Source: the human T2T-CHM13v2.0 reference genome, Homo sapiens. Taken from it: 64,000 nucleotides of DNA. The notes beneath the pieces are model-generated. The model had not been told where the DNA came from, did no database searches, and worked only from the letters and a program-made list of their open reading frames with translations. Position numbers and translations under genes: made by a program. The stretch lies in NCBI RefSeq assembly GCF_009914755.1, contig NC_060947.1; one strand, 5' to 3'. Each line of letters begins with the position of its first letter. Positions within the stretch are counted from its first letter, which is position 1. Shown in pieces: positions 60,200 to 64,000 of the stretch.

Positions 60200-61300
60200 A
60201 CAATCATTTCCATTGGTTGGGCCATATCTGGAATATTATCATCAGTTCTGGATAGCTTATATTGAAAGTGTGAAAGGAAAATAAATCTTGGGGCCTCAAA
60301 ATCACCAAACTAAAGGGAAAAGTCAAGCTGGGAACTGCTTAGGGCAAACCTGTCTCCCATTCTATTCAAAGTCATCCCTCTGCTCACTGAGATAGATGCT
60401 TATCTGATTGCCTCCTTTGGAAAGGCGAATCAGATACTCAAAAGAATGCAACCATTTATCTCTCACCTACCTGTGACCTGGAAGCCCCTCCTTGCTTCAA
60501 GTTGTCCCACCCTTCTGGATGGAACAAATGTACATCTTACATATATTGGTTGATGTCTCATGTCTCCCTAAATATATATAAAACCAAGCTGTGCCCCAAA
60601 CACCTTGGGCACATGTCGTTAGAACCTCCTGAGGCTGTTTCATGGGTGCATATTCTCAACCTTGGCAAAATAAACTTCCTAAATTAACTGAGACCAGTCT
60701 CAGATATTTGAAGTTCACAAAAGGGACCACTGTTAATTCTTGCAGAGGAAGATAAAGACGAAGATGAAAGTCTTGACTGAGGGTAATTATGAGGAACAAC
60801 AGAGGGAACGAAAAAAATCAATATAATTGAATACTTTTACAAAAGCAGTTATTTAGTGTATACCCTGAACTCAAGTTCTGTTACACAGTGGGATATATAA
60901 CAGTGATGAAAGAGCCAAGCTTTTCTTAGCTTTTCGACTTAGCAGGACAATGAAAACAATCAAAAACCCAACTAGTTCACATCAGCTTGAAACGAGGATG
61001 CTTAGAGAAGATACGAAAATTGACAACGAGTATTTTACAGATGTAGAGAAGTGACGTTTCTCTTTGGCTCCAGTGGGCAGGAATAGATCAATATATAGAG
61101 ATTTCAGGAAAGCCAATTTTCATTTATTATAAAGACTTTGAAACAACCAGAACTGCTCCCTGGGAAAAGGGTGATTTATCATCAATGACTGTACTCAAAC
61201 TGGGTTTGAATGACCAAACTGACAGGGATTTTATAGGGTCGAATCCTGCCTTAGGAAGAAAATGAATGATTCTTAAATCCCTTTAAATTCTGAGATTGCA
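60200..61300 (+). mobile_element. L3/CR1 remnant interrupted by MER4A
   Basis: ccatatctggaatattatcatcagttctgg resembles PHLEYCVQFW; 3' end aaatccctttaaattctgagatt. Confidence 0.55.
60269..60719 (+). mobile_element. MER4A/MER4A1 ERV1 solo LTR
   Basis: tgtgaaaggaaaataaatcttgggg...gttcaca; TSD aaag. Confidence 0.88.
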
Positions 61301-61825
61301 TGGCAGAAGCACGATGAAGATCACACTACCTAAAAAGAGAGGATCTGATTTCAGGTCCTAGAAGCCTTGGTTTTATTGGCCCTTAGTTTCCATATCTATG
61401 ATATGAGTTTAGATGAGTTATTTCTAAGGTTTCCTGTTGCTTTAAAACATTCAATGATTTTAGAGTTGCTTGATGTCGTTAGAAATATTGAATGCCAGAA
61501 TGTGGAATATTTATTTAATTGGATAAGAAATAGAAAAACTTTGTTCAAAAATTTTAAGAAGCAATCACTATTAAAGCTGCACTTAGAGGCTATTTATCTG
61601 CAACAATGAGTAGACGTAACCATGTCAGCTAACATTTATTAAATCCTATTTCAGCTAGTGAGCTAAGCACCTGATATAAATGATCTCATTTAATTCTCAT
61701 AACAACCCTGTAACATAGGTACTATTCACAGTCAGGGAAACCAAACCTTGGAGAGGTTAAAACATTTGCCCAAGGTTACACAGTTTCTAAGTGGTAGAGA
61801 GGATTCATACCCTGACAGCTGTCAA

Positions 61826-62029
61826 CAGGAATTAATGAAAGTTCTCTGTAAAGGGCCAGAAAGTAAATATTTCTGGCTTTGAGGAACACATAAATCTCCG
61901 TTACATATTCTTCTTTGGGTTTCGTACAACTTATTAAAACAAGTAAACTGTTTTTAGCTCCCCTGCTATTAAAAAAAACCCAGGCCCCATGTTGAATTTG
62001 TACTGAGACCTGTAGTTTGCTGTCCCCTG
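61826..62029. mobile_element. MER58-type hAT element inside a MIR
   Basis: tctgtaaagggccagaaagtaaatatt..tgtagtttgctgtcccctg. Confidence 0.75.
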
Positions 62030-64000
62030 CTCTGCTCTCTTACTACAACACCCTACTGCTTCCCCAAGACTACTATTTACTGAGGACTTCTTATGGGCCA
62101 GACACTGCGCTAAATGCTTTTCATGCAATATCTCTGTAATACAACGAGCCTCTGGGTTGGTTTCCATTTTATAGATGGAAAATAGGCTTAGAGAGTTTCA
62201 GCAGCAACTGAAACACAAATACAAGGCTAGAAAGTGGCAGAGCTGTGAGCTTTGTGAATCTGGAAACTGTGATTTTATCCATTGCAGTAGAGAGGCTGAG
62301 TAGAGTGAACTGGGACTGGGGCAGGGAGGGACTGGAATAAGAAAACTGGTGTGTAGAGCATGGCAACAGCCTAGACAATTATGGTATGGTTTGAAAAACA
62401 CTGTAGCTTCATAATCAACTGGATTTGTCAGTTTATTGGATGTCAGGCAGGGTGGATTAGGGGAAGGTCACTCTAAGGTCTGAGCTTGGCTTACTTAGAG
62501 AACAGAAATAAGGAAATCAGGTATAGGGCTGCTTTGAGGAGATAAACGGATGGGCCGATAAAGCTTATGGTGGCAAGATCCCTTATAGTTTTGGCTGCTT
62601 CACTAACTAGTTGTGTTATGGCAGGCAAAAAAATTAGCTTCTCTTGGCTTCAGTATCCTAAAGTACAAAACGAGGGTGTTGAATTAGATGGTCCCTTAGT
62701 TTACTTCTAGTGATAATGTTCCAGTTGGTGAAAAGCAAAGGAAAATTCTAGGAAACTGCCAAAAGAAAGAGCCTAGAATAGGCTTTTTGAGGGAACGATT
62801 TCTGAAAAAGAATTGAACAGAAGGGTGCTAAAAAGTTTATTGTAATTCTTCTGTCTTACTGCTCTCAGCAAATAAAGATCAAACAGGGTATTTGTGTTTG
62901 CAAGGTCAAAGTAAACTAGTGTCCATTATCAAATGGCTGAATGACTCTTAACTGGATCAGAGAAAGATCAGAAAATGTATAGGAGAAAACTAATGGAAAG
63001 AGTGATTAACGTGATCGTTTCTGGCTCCAAAGAATAAGGAAACATGGGAAATGAAGAAATATGAAGAAGTATGAGGCAAGAAATAAAGATAATATAAATG
63101 AACAGGTCACTATGATTATTTGGGTTGCCTATTTAGACAAGAAAATAGGGCATCGATAATCTCTCATGCCGCCTAGTACAATTGGAAAAGAAAACTAATG
63201 CTAGTATCACTAGGAAAAGACATAGAAGAATTACTTTTAGAATCATCAAAAAATAAGTTTGAAAGCTTTTGCAAAAAGCACAGAAGTGAATGTTTTGAAG
63301 CAAATGAAACTAATGGGAATTATAATGAGACACATAGCAGTTTTATAATCTTGCCTCTCTTGTAATGTGTCAGAGAACAAGAACCCTGCTATTTTAACAC
63401 GCTTTGTCTATATGGTGCCAACACTGAACTTGACACGAAGAGAAGAAAGTCCTTTCTGATGAGAGCATGTAGTATCTGGATCTGTTTCTAGACTATGTGA
63501 TTCATTTTAAAGACTTCTAAGGAAAGGACACATCTAGATCATCTATGACGTTAAATCCGCTGTTCTGAAATAATATCAATATTACAAACAAATTCTAATT
63601 TTATGTATGTGAAAAAAACTACTTATATAAACTCATATTCATTCGAGAAACAAATACTCCAAGTTGGATATCAAGGAGTTTCCTTTCAGTTATCCTTTGT
63701 TCCGTGGATATAAATGCTGTGCTCCTTAATACTGGGTACAAAAAGAAAAATAAGTTTATTAGAAATATACACATCAAATACACTTCTGAAAAAAATGAGA
63801 AGCTATTGAAATGAGGTCAACTAAACAGAAATCTATTTGTAGGGTTTAAAACACCATGAATGAGATCATCTTTTGTGATTCCATCTATCCTTGCATTTCT
63901 CAAATTCTATTTTGAAATCACTGCCTATGTTCATTGCCTAAAATAGCTTTTCCTTTGATTCTTAGATGATCTTATGAAAATGAAAATATATATAAGGCTA

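Overview
This is primate (very probably human) AT-rich, repeat-dense non-coding DNA, either intergenic or intronic. I can support no host protein-coding exon, rRNA, tRNA or CRISPR array. Nearly all ORFs in the track are Alu, L1, ERV or microsatellite translations. The main element is a two-LTR, env-deleted HERV-H provirus (37871-43520, +, GTTGT target-site duplication). Its 5' LTR7 keeps the TATA box, SOX-like ACAAAAGA repeats and a strong splice donor, while its 3' LTR has lost both TATA and poly(A) signal. About 110 bp downstream sits a same-strand ERV1 solo LTR that keeps AATAAA but has lost its TATA, and a related LTR with an intact TATA points back at it from about 14.5 kb away. The best candidate 'system' is therefore a transcription unit assembled from transposons (LTR7 promoter, read-through, borrowed terminator, possible convergent antisense promoter); this is inference and needs RNA data. 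Other items: a U6 retrocopy with an internal deletion, a MADE1 (miR-548-type) palindrome, a MER85 piggyBac MITE, two 5'-truncated L1PA copies, about 20 Alus including close inverted pairs, CR1/L3, L2 and MIR relics, a strong Z-DNA tract, and several repeat-poor islands with enhancer- or promoter-like motifs. Subfamily names come from remembered consensus sequences, not from a database search.
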